Shown here in pieces: positions 39,736-53,259 of a stretch of DNA of 64,000 bases. The number at the start of each line of letters is the position of its first letter. The stretch's first letter is position 1. Position numbers and translations under genes: made by a program. This DNA comes from Malacoraja senta (Eukaryota). Below the pieces are notes generated by a model, which saw only the letters and a list, made by a program, of their open reading frames with translations, made no database searches and was not told the DNA's origin. Location of the stretch: the NCBI GenBank assembly GCA_038087875.1, contig CM075988.1:1984001-2048000 (forward strand). Reading direction: 5' to 3'.

Positions 39736-40219
39736 AGGTTGAAGGAAAACCATTGACCTTAAACATGAACCAATTTGCCTCCTCAAAGAAGCTGCTCGGT
39801 GTTCCTGGTGTTTATTATCCTTATTCCTCATGGTTCAGATTATTGATGGGAAAATACAAGCAGCAGTAAAAAGAAAACTTACTTTGTGCTAATTTTAGAG
39901 GACTGTAAACAGATCTGGTCAGGCAAAACTAGATTGTGTTCAGATGCAATCCATGTATATTCATAGAAACTGGCCCTACAGCCCACCATCCTCATGCTGA
40001 CTATCACATATCTATTTTCCAGCATCTTGCCCAGTGCTTTCAATGCCATGGTGTTTCACGTGCCCAAATGCAGTGTGAGTACACGCCTCCACCACCCCTC
40101 AGACAGTGTACTACTGATTTAAACTGTCCTTGGAGTGAAGAAACTTATTCAAATCCCTTCTAATTCCTTCACCCTTTATTTTAAGCCTGTACCCTTTGTT
40201 GAGGATAAAGGTTTTTCAC

Positions 40220-40940
40220 AAAGGTAGACACTAAATGCTGGAGTAACTGAGCGGGACAGGCAGCATCTCTTGAGAGAAGGAATGGGTGGCATTTCAGGTC
40301 GAGACCCTTCTTCGGACTGATGTCAGGGGAGTGGGCGGTACAGAGATAGAATGTAGTCGGAGACAGTAAGGCTGGTAGGAGAACTGGGAAATGGGAGGGG
40401 ATGGAGAGAGAGGGAAAGCAAGGGCTATTTGAAGTTAGAGAATTCAATGTTCATACCGCTGGGGTGTAAGCTGCCGAAGCGAAATATGAGGTGCTGTTCC
40501 TCCAATTTGCGCTGGGCCTCACTGACAATGGCGGAGGGCCAGGACAAAAAGGTCAGTGTAGGAATGGGAGGGGGATTTAAAGTGTTAAGCAACTGGGAGA
40601 TCAGCCAGGTTTAGGCAGACTGAGCAGAGGTTTTCAGCGAAACGATCGCCGAGCCTGCGTTCGGTCTCGCAGATATACAGGAGTCCACACCTGGAACAGC
40701 GGATACAGTAGATGAGGTTGGAGGAGGTGCAGGGGAATCTCTGCCTCACCTGAAAAGACTGTTGGGGTTCTTGGATGGAGTCAAGGGGGGAGGTATAGGG
40801 ACAGGTGTTGCATTTCCTGCGGTTGCAGGGGAAAGTACCTGGGGAGGGGGTGGGAAGGTACGAGTTGACCAAGGAGTTGCAGAGGAATGGTCTCTGTGGA
40901 AAGCCGAAAGGGGTGGAGATGGGAAGATGTGGCTAGTAGA
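40220..40940 (-). mobile_element. Penelope-like element 3' part (GIY-YIG remnant + tail)
   Basis: FPCNRRKCNTCPY..SSNLIYCIRCSRCGLLYICET, followed by the shared Penelope tail with a hammerhead-like core. Confidence 0.88.
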
Positions 40941-41239
40941 TTTTTCATGATCTATCCATGCCCCTCATCGTTTTCCGTGCCCCGTTTGGATGCCCTCAAC
41001 TTTCTCTGCTCCAAAGGATAATGAACCCAACCTATGCAGTCTCCCCTCAAGACTGAAACCCTCTATCCCACAACAACTTGCTGAATCTCCTCTGCACCTT
41101 CTCCAATACAATCACAACCTTCCTTTAGTGGCAACCAGACTGAACACTGCTCCCGCTGTGGCTAACTAAAAGCACAGATCAGTTTACCATAATCTCCCTG
41201 CTCCTATATTCTACTCAGTGGCTAATCAAGGCAAGTATT

Positions 41240-42420
41240 CAGAATAAACACAAAAAGCTGGACGGGTCAGACAGCATCTCAGGAGGCAAGGATTTGGTGA
41301 CATTTCAGGTTGAGATCCTTCTTCAGACTGAGATACAGGGGAAAGGGAAACGAGAAATATGAACGGTGAAGTAGAGAGATGTAGAACAAATGAATGAAAG
41401 ATGTGCGAAAAAGTAACGATGATAAAGGAAACAGGCCATTGTTAGCTGTTTGCTAGAGGAGAACAAGATGCTGGTGTGACTTGGGTGGGGGCGGGATGGA
41501 GAGAGATGTAGTGCAGGGGTTACTTGAAGTGAGAGAAATCAATATTCATACCACTGGGTTGTAAGCTGGCCAAGCAAAATATGAGATGCTGTTCCACCAA
41601 TTTGCATTTAGCCTCACTCTGACAATGGAGGAAACCTAGGACAGAAAGGTCAGTGTGGGAATGGGAAGGGGAATTAAAGTGTTTGGCAACCGGGAGATCA
41701 GGTATGTTCAGGCGGGCTGAGCGAAGGTGTTCAGCGAAACAATCGCCCAGTCTACATTTGGTCTCGCCGATGTATAAGAATCCACATCTTGAACAGTGGA
41801 TACAGTAGATGAGGTTGGAGGAGGTGGAAGTGAACCTCTGCCTAACCTGAAAGGACTGTCGGAGTCCCTGGACAGAGTCAAGGGAGGAGATATAGGGAGA
41901 GGTGTTGCTTCTCCTGCGGTTGCAGGGGAAGGTACCTGGGGAGGGGGTGGTTTGGGTGGGAAGCGATGAGTTGAACAGGGAGTTGTGGAGGGAACGGTCT
42001 CTCTGGAAGACGGAAAGGGGTGGAGATGGGAAGATGTGACTAGTGGTGGGATTCTGTTGAAGGTGACAAAAATGTTGGAGGATTATGTGTTGAATGCGAC
42101 GGCTGATGGGGTGAAAGGTAAGGACGAGGGGGACTCTCCCTCTGTTGCACCTTGGGGGAGGGGGAGCCAAATCGGAGCTGTGGGGTACCAAGGAGACACG
42201 AGTGAGGGCCTCATCTATGATGGGAGAGGGAAACCCCCGTTCCTTAAAAAATGAGGACATCTCGGATGCCGTGGTATGGAATACCTCATATTGGGCACAG
42301 ATGCGGCGTAGACAGAGGAATTGGGAGTACTGGATAGAATCTTTGCAGGAAGCAGGTGGGAAGAAGTGTAGTTGAGATAGTTGTGGGAGTCTGTGGGTTT
42401 GTAATAGACGCCAGTCGATA
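41240..42420 (-). mobile_element. Penelope-like element (RT thumb + GIY-YIG endonuclease)
   Basis: YYKPTDSHNYL (adjacent frame), LRRIC..FFKERGFP, LIYCIHCSRCGFLYIGET..EHL and LQPSGMN motifs. Confidence 0.92.
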
Positions 42421-42423
42421 CTC

Positions 42424-43032
42424 GAGTTGAGTATAGGAGCAAAGAGGTCCTTCTGCAGTTGCACAGGGCCCTAGTGAGACCACACTTGGAGTATTGTGTG
42501 CTGTTTTGGTCCCCTAATTTGAGGAAGGACATTCTTGCTATTGAGGGAGCGCAGCATAGGTTTACAAGGTTAATTCCCAGGATGGCGGGCCTGTCATATG
42601 CTGAGAGAATGGAGCGGCTGGGCTTGTGTACTCTGGAATTTAGAAGGATGAGAGGGGATCTTATTGAAACATATAAGATTATTAAAGGTTTGGACACGCT
42701 AGAAGCAGGAAACATGTTCCCGATGCCCAGTACCGGGGCCACAGTTTAAGAATAAGGGGTAAGCCATTGAGAACGGAGATGAGGAAACACTTTTTCACAC
42801 AGAGAGTTGTGAGTCTGTGGAATTCTCTGCCTCAGAGGGTGGTGGAGGCCAGTTCTCTGGATACTTTCAAGAGAGAGCTGGATAGGGCTCTTAAAGATAG
42901 CGGAGTCAGGGGATATGCAGAGAAGGCAGGAACGGGGTACTGATTGGGATGATCGGCCATGGTGACATTGAATGGCGGTGCTGGCTCGAAGGGCCGAATG
43001 GCCTACTCCTGCACCTATTGTCTATTGTCTAT
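42424..43032 (+). mobile_element. CR1 3' fragment abutting the Penelope 5' truncation
   Basis: RALVRPHLEYC..LIETYKII, followed by the 3' UTR with a TCTATTG tail. Confidence 0.88.
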
Positions 43033-43672
43033 CTCCTGTGATGGAGACAGTGAAATCAAGAAAGGGGAGTGAGCTGTCAGAGATGAATTTGAGTGTAGGA
43101 TGGAAATTGGTAGTGAAGTTGAAGTCCATGAGTTGTGCATGGTGGTGTAGTTGATGAAGTTGATGAGTTGTGCATGGGTGCAGGAGGTGGCACCAATACG
43201 TTCTACACTAACATGCAATGTCCCATGGTACATCACTGCTCACAGGCATTCAATCACAAACCCCTCAGCCCCCCGCCCCAACCATAATCCTATGCCTCAT
43301 GTTGCCAAGCAAACCTCAGAAATTGCCCTGGATCCCAGGGCCTTAGATCTTTTGAACCAATCTCCAATCTGGGATCTTGTCAAAGACCTTGCTGGTTCAC
43401 ATAGAACATAGGTATTGGTTTATTTTTGTTACGTGCTGAGATACATTAAAAAAAAAAATTGATTCATAAGTGATAGGAGCAGAATTAGGCCATTCGGCTC
43501 AAGTCTACTCCACCATTTAATCATGGCTGATCTATTTTTCCCTCCCAAACCCATTTTACTGCCTCCCCCCCATAACCCCTGACACCCGTACTAATCAAAA
43601 ATCTATCTATCACCGCCTTAAAAATATCCATTGCCAGATTCATCACCCTCTGACTAAAGAAATTCCTCCACA

Positions 43673-46313
43673 TCTATCTATTTTCTATCTATCTATTCTT
43701 TCTATAAATAACTAAAATCTCATCTTGTCCTCTTCCGGTTTGCGTTGTTTTTATATTTGCTCAAAAACGGTACCCGATAAGCACTACAATTTTTTGCCAT
43801 GTCACTTGCCATCTCCTGCGCTGCAAGTGCACCAAGTTTTGTTCCGATCGGTGGAATATTACAAAAGTTGGTAAGGTTTAAATATCGTGAAAACCACGCA
43901 TGCACAGATTGGTCTCCTCTTGTCAGCTAATTGGTATTCTCTCCTGTCATTCGCCGGGACAGCAACACCCCTTCCGGCACCTGCTGTCAATCAGTGACAC
44001 GAGGAGAATAAAGCTGAAGGAGTGGAGTGAGCAGAGTGTGGAGAGCGAGTGGGGGCTGCGTCTGCGGGAACTACCACGATGAGCCAGGAGCCGCTGAAGG
44101 GTGCCGGGAGCCGTTGAGTTGAGCCGGGAGCCACAGAGTGGCCGAGAGCTGGTGAGTGGAGCCGAGAACCGCTGAGTGGAGCCGGGAGCCGTTGAGTGGA
44201 GCCAGAGGTCGCTGAGTGGAGCCGGGGGTCGCTGAATGGAGCGGGGGCCATTGAATGGAGCCGGGACCAGGAGCAGCAAGCCATTGAGTGAGGCCGGGAA
44301 CCACAGAGTGAGGCCGGGAGCCACTGAGTGAGGCCGGAGCCGGGGCTGGGAGCCACTGAGTGAGGCCAGAGCCGGAGCCAGGATCCGCTAAGTGCGGCCA
44401 GTACGGGGCCGGGAGCCATCCTGGTCCCAAGCTGCAGGATGCACCCTACTGGTCCCCGCCTGAAGCTGGTAGGGAATGGCCGTGGTCGGCCATGGCAGCG
44501 ACAGGCCACAGCAGTGGTAGGCCACGATAGTGGCAGGGGTAGGCCACGGCAGCCGTAGGTCACGGCAGAGTTCTCCTCATCCTGACCCCCTGGCTACAGA
44601 ACGCTCCTGCCGGCCCCCGCCTGATGCCGTCCCCAGCTGCAGTCCAGTCGGCCCACAACAGCTGTACTATCCCTCCGTAAACCAGTCCCTTCGGTCCACA
44701 ACACCGTACTAGCCCGCCGGAAACCAGTCCCTTCCACCGACAACAGGACGCTCCCCCCTACAGCCTGAAGCCAGTGAGGATTTGCAGTGACAGGCCACGG
44801 CAGCAACAGGAGTAGGCAGCGGTAGCAGTAGGACAAGGCAGGGGTAGGCCACGGCAGCTCTCCCCACCCCCACCAGCCCCCGACAGGCCCCGCCGGAAGC
44901 TGTCGCCCTCCCTCAGCTGCATAACACTCCCCCCTCCCCCCTCCCCCACCGGCACTCGATAGTCCCCACCTGAAGCCGTCCCCGCCCCTGACTGCAGGAT
45001 GCTCCCCGCCGGCCCCTGCCTGAAGCTGTCCCCGTCCCCTGGCTACAGAACGCTCCCTCCGGCCCCCGCCTGAAGCCACCCCCGTCCCTCAGCTGCTGGA
45101 AGCTCCACGCCGGCCCCCACCTCAAGCCGTCCCCCTCCTCTAGCTGCAGGACGCTCCACCACCCCACTGGCCTCAACCTGAAGCCGTCCCCCTAACCTGG
45201 CTACAGGGTGCTCCCGCCAGCCCCCACCTGAAGCCGTCCCCGTCCCCAGCTGCAGGATACTTCCCCACCCCACTGGCCCCTGACAGCCCCTGCCTAAAGA
45301 CATCTCCCTCCCCCGGTTGCAGGACGCTCTCTCCCCCTGCCCCACCAGCCCCCAACAGCCACCTTCTGATGTCGTCCCCCTCCCCGGCTGTAGGATGCTC
45401 CCTCCCCTCCGGCCTCCAACAGCCCCCTCCTGAAGCCGTCCCCCTCCCCAGCTGCAGGACACTTCCCCCCCACAGGCCCCCGCCTGAATCCGTCCCCAGC
45501 TGCAGGATGCTCCGCACCGGACCCCATCTGAAGCCGGTGGGGAGCAGTAGCGGTAGGCCACAACAGCGATAGGCAGCGGTAGGCCTCAGCATCAGCAGGG
45601 GAAGGCAGCAGTAGGTAGTGGTAGTTGTAGGCAACAGCAGGGGAAGGCAGCGGTAGGCCATGGCAGCAGTAGGCCATGGCAGCACTTCCCCCCTCCCCAC
45701 CGCCCCCTGACAGGCCCTGCCTGAAGCCATCCCCCTCCCCCGGCTGCAGGACACTCCCCCACTGGCCCCCGACAGCCCCCACCTTGTTATGCCCCTCCCC
45801 CGGCTGCAGGACACTGCCCCCGCTGGCCCCTGCCTGAAGCCGTCCCCCTCCCCTGGTTGCAGAATGCAACAAGAGACGCAACAAGAAAGAATGGACAATA
45901 AATGTCATCATTAACATTTAAATTGTTATTATATTTTAAGAGTTATTCACATTTTAAGCTTTAATAAATCCCTTTTCCACTTGCCGTGCCCGTCAGCTGC
46001 GCCTGCACAGTAATACCTGCGTGTTCTATGTCACAATGGGAACCCAATGGGCATGAATGGCTGCGCTGCCGGAGAGCCGCTAAGAGTGGATGTGGGGGAT
46101 GGGGGTTGAGGGAGAATGGAATGAGTCCGTGGGGAGGGAGGGTGGAGGGCAAGGGGCAGATTTGGGGGGGGGGTTGAAGGGAGGACGGGGTTCAGGAGCG
46201 TCACAACGGGAACCCATCAGCCGCACCTGCGCAGTTGAGGGCTATGCGTGAGTGGTGGAATATTGTGTCGGCGGACCAGGCCTTCCGTGTGACAATGGGA
46301 CCCAATGGGTCCC
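43673..46313 (+). mobile_element. Helitron-like element with GC-rich minisatellite cargo, 3' CTAG lost
   Basis: 5' (TCTA)n-like run followed by TAAATAACTAAAATCTCATCTTG. The 3' subterminal module ends in a perfect GGGACCC-AAT-GGGTCCC hairpin at 46297-46313. It interrupts a minus-strand CR1. Confidence 0.72.
44080..45860. repeat. GC-rich minisatellite blocks (~21-bp GAGTGGAGCCGGGAGCC.. units, then ~55-65-bp CCTGAAGCCGTCCCC..CTGCAGGA units)
   Basis: Degenerate tandem units are directly visible and explain the many low-complexity ORFs here. Confidence 0.88.
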
Positions 46314-46757
46314 TACGTACATCCTTTTATTTTTAGGCTGTGCCATCTGGGTCCAATACAGGCCCAGCGCCGTCAATTGCTCATCATATGTTAACCCAAT
46401 CATTCCTGGGATCAGTCTCGTAAACCTCCTCTGGACCCTCTCCAGAGCCAGCACATCCTTCCTCAGATATGGTGCCCTAAACTGCTCACAATACTCCCAT
46501 TGTGTCCTATCCAGTCAAAATCACACAATACATGAGAACAATTAAGCCATACGCAAGTACAACAGGTATAGCAAAGAGAAAGATACCAGAATGCAGAACA
46601 TAGTGTTTACAGCATTATAGTGTGACAGTTACTGAGAAAGAGCAGATTAAGTAAAGTGCAAGGACCACAATGTGGTTGGTTGGTTGGTTAGGATAATTTA
46701 AGAGAGGTTCGTTCATCGTTCTTAACAAAGCTCTTAGTCACCTACTAAAAATATTCA

Positions 46758-46973
46758 AGATGTTTAAGAAAGAACAGCAGATGCTGGAAAAATCGAAGGT
46801 AGACAAAAATGCTGGAGAAACTCAGCGGGTGAGGCAGCATCTATGGATCCAGCGAAGGAATAGGTGACGTTTCGGGTCGAGACAGAAGAAGGGTCTCGAC
46901 CCGAAACGTCACCTATTCCTTTGCTCCATAGATGCTGCCTCACCCGCTGAGTTTCTCCAGCATTTTTGTCTAC
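46758..46973. mobile_element. Inverted (palindromic) Penelope-tail insertion
   Basis: Arms 46799-46883 and 46893-46973 are near-perfect reverse complements. TSD-like TACTAA(A/C)AATATTCA at 46743-46757 and 46971-46985. Confidence 0.75.
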
Positions 46974-47191
46974 TAACAATATTCAGTCATGTTAGTCAGA
47001 CAGGATCTCCCCTTAAAAAGCCAAGGTGACTGTTCCTGTTCAATCCCTGCATCTCCAAACACAGACTCATGCTGTTGCACGGAATATTTTTCAAACATTT
47101 CCCACCACTGATAGTAGACTCAGTGGTCTTATCCCGACTGCACTCTTTGTACTAAAGAACAGGTTACTTTGGTGCACAAAACAGAAACAGT

Positions 47192-47488
47192 ACAGTGGTG
47201 CAACGGTAGAGTTGTTGCCTTACAGCGCCAGAGACACAGATTCGATCCTGACTATGGGTGCTGTCTGTTCGAAGTTTGTACGTTCTCCCTGTGACCTGCA
47301 AGGATTTTCTCTGGGTGCCCCGGTTTCCTCCCACACTCCAAAGATGTACAGGTTTGTTGGCAAATTGGCTTCTGTAAATTGTCCCTAGTGTGTGTGGGAT
47401 AGAGTTAGTGTTCATTGATTGTTGGTCCGCGCGGACTTGGTGAGCTGTAGGGTCGGTTTCCATGCAGTATCTCTAAAACTAAAACTAA
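47192..47488 (+). mobile_element. tRNA-derived V-SINE (HE1-like)
   Basis: GTGGTGCAACGGTAGAG...GATTCGATCCTG...TATCTCTAAAACTAAA. Confidence 0.85.
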
Positions 47489-48889
47489 AGAAAAACAGAG
47501 TATTCTTTAAAATGGTGAGAGACTGAAGAAGATGTAGATGGTGCCCAGAGAAGTAGATGTGCTTGTATATACATCACTGAAAGCCAACATGCAGGTGCAA
47601 CGAGTGATTGCGAAGTGAAATGGCTTGCTGTCTTTACAACAAGTGGATTTGTTTACAGGAGTAAGGATCATTTGCAGCAATTGTATCGGGGATTGGTGAG
47701 ACTGCACACAGAGCAGTGAGTAGAGTTTTGGTCTCTTCACCTGGTACAGTAGCTCAGAGTTCGTGTTCTTGCCTCATTGCTCCAGGTTGGACCCTGATCT
47801 CTGGTGTTGTATGGTGGAATTAGCACATTCTCCCTGTGATGGGATGGCAGTTCCAGGGAGCAGGTGGATTAATTGGTAAAAGGTGACAGATAGATGAGAG
47901 AGAACAAATTGCAGGTCATTTGGAAGCTTTATTTAGACTAATAGAAACATTCTGTTGGGAACTGGCATTGACCAGATGGGCAGAATGGTCTCCATCTATA
48001 GGAAGGGATCATCTTGCAAGGAGTGAGTGCAAGTGCTCCTTGCCTTACAACCGTGTAAGTAATGGAAATTCACACTTAAGGAATTCCCATTCCTAAGGAA
48101 TTCCCAAATCCTACATTCTAGCTTCCTAATTACCTACAATTTATCTCTCTCACATGCCTATCACCAATTAATCTACCAGGTTCTGGGACCTCCCATCCCA
48201 TCGTGGAGAGAATGTGCAAATTCCACAGACAGCACCAGGATCAAAACCTGGTCCCTGGAGCCAAGAGGCTGCAACTACCAAAAACAAATTAACGGATTTG
48301 GAGTTAATATGCCAATTTGTATTAATTTTCAGCTGGCATTTCTGGATAGATGTGCTGATGATGTGGCTTCACCTTGTGAAAATCATGATACGGATGATTT
48401 TAGGGAATGCTACTCCTCCATAACACAGGGGTCCCCTGTACAGTGAAGAGTCACTGGACTGTTCCAGGGATGAGGGGTTAAGAAGAACCAGAGAGGATCT
48501 TATTACAACTCATAATATTCTTGTAGGAGCTTGGCAGGCTGATTGTAGGGCAATGGTTTCTCTGGCTCGGAGAGCTAGGGAGGCTAAATGTTAAATTCAA
48601 TTTAAAATAGTAATTGATGGATTTCTGAAGACTGAAGGAATCAAGAGGTCTGGGGACTGTGCATGAAAACGGCACTGAGGTAAAATGTCTGCCATGATCT
48701 CTTTGCACGTATTGACACAGCGCTCTTCCATGGTAATGAGTTTGGAAAGCCTCTGCACATTACTCAAGTAAGGAGATGATGGCTGTGGCACCTAGTGTAC
48801 ATTCAGCTGTGTAAGGTGCAAGGCAGCTTTACTGATGACACAAATGAAATGACACTAAAACACTAATGAAAAGCAAGGAGTTTGGAACT

Positions 48890-49290
48890 TTGGAATTCTA
48901 GAGTTGATGAGGGGTGATCTATAGAGGTGTATAAAATCATGAGAGGAATAGATTGCGTAGATGCTCAGAGTCTCTTGCCCAGAGTAGGTGAATCGAGGAC
49001 CAGAGGACATAGGTTTAAGGTAAAGGGGGAAAAGATTTTAAAGGAATCTGAGGGGTAACTTTTTCACACAAAGGTGGTGGGTGTGTGGAACAAGCTGCCA
49101 GAGGTGGTAGTTGAGGCTGGGACTATCCCAACATTTAAGAAGCAGTTCAAGAAGCACAAGGATGGGACAGGATTGGAGGGATATGGACAAAATGCTGGCA
49201 GGTGGGACTAGTGTAGCTGGGACATGTTGGCCGGTGTGGGCAAGTTGGGCCGAAGGGCCTGTTTCCACACTGTATCACTCTATGACTCTA
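48890..49290 (+). mobile_element. CR1 3' end
   Basis: DLIEVYKIM..RTRGH..WNKLP remnant with an ATGACTCT tail. Confidence 0.82.
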
Positions 49291-49539
49291 TAACAGAATG
49301 CTTTCCAAAAACATTTACTCTTTTCACATTCATCAAAATCTTGGTAAATGAGAATGTTTCATACATTGATATCTCACAAGGGACTGCAGATAGAGTCATA
49401 GAATCATAGCACGGACACAGGCCCTTTGGCCCATCTCATCTATGCCGACTAGATGCCCCATTTGCAGCATTTGCCTACATTTGGTCCATATCCCTCCAAG
49501 CCTTTCCTATCCATGTATCTGCGCAAAAGTTGTTATTGT

Positions 49540-50010
49540 TCGGCGAACACTTCACTCACTCCACTTAGGCCTACATGATCACCCGGTTGCTAAATACTTT
49601 AACCCCCTCCTATTCCCACACTGACCTGTTTCTCCAGGGCCTCCTCCATTGTCAGAGTTAGGCCAATGCAAATTGGAGGAACATCATCTCATATTTTGCT
49701 TGGGCAGCTTAAAACCCAGCGCTATGAGTTTTGAATTCTCAAGTAAACCTTGTTTCCCTCTCTCTCTCCATCCCTCCCCCATTCTCGCGACTAGTTCTAC
49801 TGTCCCGATTTAATGTTACTGATTGTATACCTCGTTGTCACCTTCCCCTCAGCCACCAATGAACCATTCTACATTTGCTTAGCATCTCGTGTTTTCGCAC
49901 CTTACTCTTCCATATCTCTAGACTCCCTCTCCCCGACTCTCAGTCTGAAGGGTCTCAACCCGAAATGTCACCCATTCCTTCCCTCCAGAGATGCTGCCTG
50001 TTCCGATGAG
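49540..50010 (+). mobile_element. Penelope-like 3' fragment
   Basis: EHFTHST..HPVAKYFN remnant, homologous to 41520-41740 in reverse, followed by the Penelope tail. Confidence 0.7.
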
Positions 50011-50159
50011 TTTATCTTCTTTGTTGTTATTGTTACCCCTTCTTCTAGCGCCCTTAGGTTTAATGATGGAAAGAGGTCAATTGGAAGAGATTTAAGGTCT
50101 GAGAGGTCATGTGTTGCTCAATTCCTCAAGGAGTCTCGTGAACGTAGCACAGATTAATA

Positions 50160-51138
50160 ACCATATAATATTACCATATAACAATTACAGCATGGAAACA
50201 GTCCATCTCGGCCCTTCTAGTCCGTGCCGAACACTTATTCTCCCCTAGACCCATCTACCTGCACTCAGACCATAACCCTCCATTCCTTTCCCGTCCATAT
50301 ACCTATCCAATTTATTTTTAAATGATAAAATCGAACCTGCCTCCACCACTTCCACTGGAAGCTCATTCCACACAGCTACCACTCTCTGAGTAAAGAAGTT
50401 CCCCCTCATGTTACCCCTAAACTTCTGTCCCTTAATTCTCAAATCATGTCCTCTTGTTTGAATCTTCCCTACTCTCAATGGAAAAAGCTTATCCACGCCA
50501 ACTCTGTCTATCCCTCTCATCATTTTAAAGACCTCTATCAAGTCCCCCCTTAACCTTCTGCGCTCCAAAGAATAAAGACCTAACTTGTTCAACCTTTCCC
50601 TGTAACTTAGTTGCTGAAACCCAGGCAACATTCTAGTAAATCTCCTCTGTACACTCTCTATTTTGTTGACATCTTTCCTATAATTTGGTGACCAAAATTG
50701 TACACCATACTCCAGAATAGGCCTCACCAATGCCTTGTTCAATTACATCCCAACTTCTATACTCAATGCTCTGAGTTATAAAGGCCAGCACACCAAAAGC
50801 TTTCTTTACCACCCTATCTACATGAGATTCCACCTCAGGGAACTATGCACAGTTATTCCTAGATCCCTCTGTTCAACTGCATTCCTCAATTCGCTACCAT
50901 TTACCATGTACGTCCTATTTTGATTTGTCCTGCCGAGATGTAGTACCTCACACTTATCAGCATTAAACTCCATCTGCCATCTTTCAGCCCACTCTTCCAA
51001 ATGGCCTAAATCTCTCTGTAGACTTTGAAAATCTACTTCATTATCGACAACACCACCTATCTTAGTATCATCTGCATACTTACCAATCCAATTTTCCACA
51101 CCATCATCCAGATCATTGATGTATATGACAAACAACAA
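50160..51138 (-). mobile_element. CR1 3' portion (third subfamily)
   Basis: FVIYINDLD..YADD, KCEVLHLG and LVRPILEY..GYGLSAGRWV* motifs. Confidence 0.9.
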
Positions 51139-52529
51139 TTAATGCCCCACTGTGTTCTATAGCATTGTTCCCTCTGCAGCAATATTATTTAAAGGGGGCT
51201 CTGAGAGCTGGTCACATCCAAGCCCTGGAAACCAGACCCAGGTAACACCCTCACTGCACCTCCACAACCCACCACTAACCAGTCCACACCTTCTCCCATA
51301 CACCAAGGCTCCACTTTCCAGGCTTAAACTATCAAGTCCCTAATCACAGCTACCATACTCTAGGCTTTGAAATCCAGAGCCAACCTGGGACATCAGAACA
51401 TGGAAGATAAAGGACAGGAGCACAGGAGGAGTACAGTGCAATATCTGTGCTGAACATGATCCGTCCATTCACATCATACCCATGTGCCTACCCACAAGCC
51501 TCTTAAATGCCCACTATAGTATATGCCTTCACCACCACCCCGTGTAGTGTGTTCCAGACATCCACCACTCTCTCTGTAAAAAAAACTCGACTCACACATC
51601 GCCTTGCCGCTCTCACCTTAAAGCTATGCCCTCTCGTCTTAGATATTTCCACCCTGGGTTAAAGGTCCTGACTGTCTTCCCAAACTATGCTACTCATCAT
51701 TTTATATCCCTCTGTGAGGTCTCCTCTCAATATCTAGCATTCCAGAATAATGCAATCCAAGTCTCCTTGTAGCTAATACCCTTGAATGCAGGCAGCATTC
51801 CAGTGAACCTCTTCTGCGTCCTCTCCGAATCTTTCTCCGGGTGCTCCGGTTTCCTCCCACATTCCAAAGATGTACAGGATTGTAGGCTAATTGGCTCGGT
51901 AAAATTATAAATAGTCTCTTGTTTGTGCGGGATAATGTTAGTGTGGGCATCGCTGGTCGGCATGGATTCGGTGGGCCAATGGGCCTGTTACCACGATGTT
52001 TCTCTAAACTAAACTGAACTAAACTTCTTCTTCTTGCGTATGGCGTGCACAGCCTAAAGTTGTAGGACAACTTGTTCTATTTGATCTTATTTGATTGTGC
52101 AAGCCAGGTTGATTGCATTTGTCGAAACAGGGCGCACCACTTGAAGGTTGCAATCTCCCACCCGAACTGAACTAAATTTAAGTTACATCATTCCTTTGCC
52201 CCATGTCTCTAGGCTGTAATGCCTGGTTCCCACATGACCTTCCACCCAGCCCAAATCTCCAGGGATCACTTCCTCACGATTCCATTGATGTCCAGCTCAG
52301 GATCCAAGCTTGGCCACTCCCACCCCCTCACCTCCAGTGACCACCTGGCCCATCAGGCACTCGACCACCAGCCCTCTCTCCTTCCCCAGTGTTCCCCACC
52401 ACGCCTGATCCTGACTGCTCAGGAAGCAGCGCCCGTCCCACCCCTGGCAACATTTACTTTGCAGCTGTGAAGCTTATTTCTGAACAGCTCTTCTTCCGCA
52501 ATGTCCCAATACAAGAGCAGCCGCCCACC

Positions 52530-52842
52530 TGGCTCAGCGGCAGATTTGCTGCCTTACAGCGCTTTCAGCACCAGAGACACGGGTTCGATCCCGACTCGTG
52601 GTGCTCTCTGTATGGATTTTTTGTATGTTCTCCCCGTGACCTGCGTGGGTTTTCTTCGAGATCTTTGGTTTCCTCCCACATTCCAAAGACGGACAGGTTG
52701 TAGGTTAATTGGCTTGGTATAAATGTAAATTGTCCCTAGTGTGTGTTGGATAGTGTTAATGTACGGGGATGACTGGTCGATGCAGACTCGGTGGGATGAA
52801 GGGCCTGCTTCTGCGCTGTATCTCTAAACTAAACTAAACTAA
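52530..52842 (+). mobile_element. tRNA-derived V-SINE (HE1-like)
   Basis: TGGCTCAGCGG A box, GGTTCGATCCC B box and a (CTAAA)n tail. Confidence 0.85.
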
Positions 52843-53209
52843 CATTGATGATCAATGACATAGAAGCAACCTTCATTGATTCAGAAGTTTACTCAAACAT
52901 TTTTTAAAATCATGTAGGCTAGGATTGAAATCATGAGAGAATTCACTAAATTATCAAAGGTTAAAGGCTGATGGAAATAGTTGTTTAGATGATTAAGAAA
53001 GATGGAGAGAACATTCCCTCTAGTGGGGGAGTCCAGAACTAAGAGATTTCTAAATGTTGCCAACCTTTGGTGTCAATTGTGAGTTTTTAAAATTGAGATT
53101 CTTAACCCTGTACATGGTGTGGGTATTGTTAAGGTTGCAGAACCACAGTGTCCGAGACTTGAGTACACAACAGCCATGCTCCATTCAAAGATGTTTGATG
53201 GGCTGAGCA

Positions 53210-53211
<2 letters not shown>

Positions 53212-53251
<40 letters not shown>

Positions 53252-53259
53252 TATATATA
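53212..53259. repeat. (TA)n microsatellite
   Basis: Directly visible. Confidence 0.97.

Noticed and set aside
41520..42464. Intact 314-aa endonuclease gene
   Set aside because: The ORF start lies in the adjacent CR1; the remainder is a 5'-truncated, frameshifted Penelope element.
43947..45917. Many overlapping G/P/A-rich ORFs
   Set aside because: GC-rich minisatellites lack stops by composition, and no domain or splice support is visible.
47192..47270. tRNA gene
   Set aside because: It is the tRNA-derived head of a multi-copy SINE, followed by the SINE body and tail.
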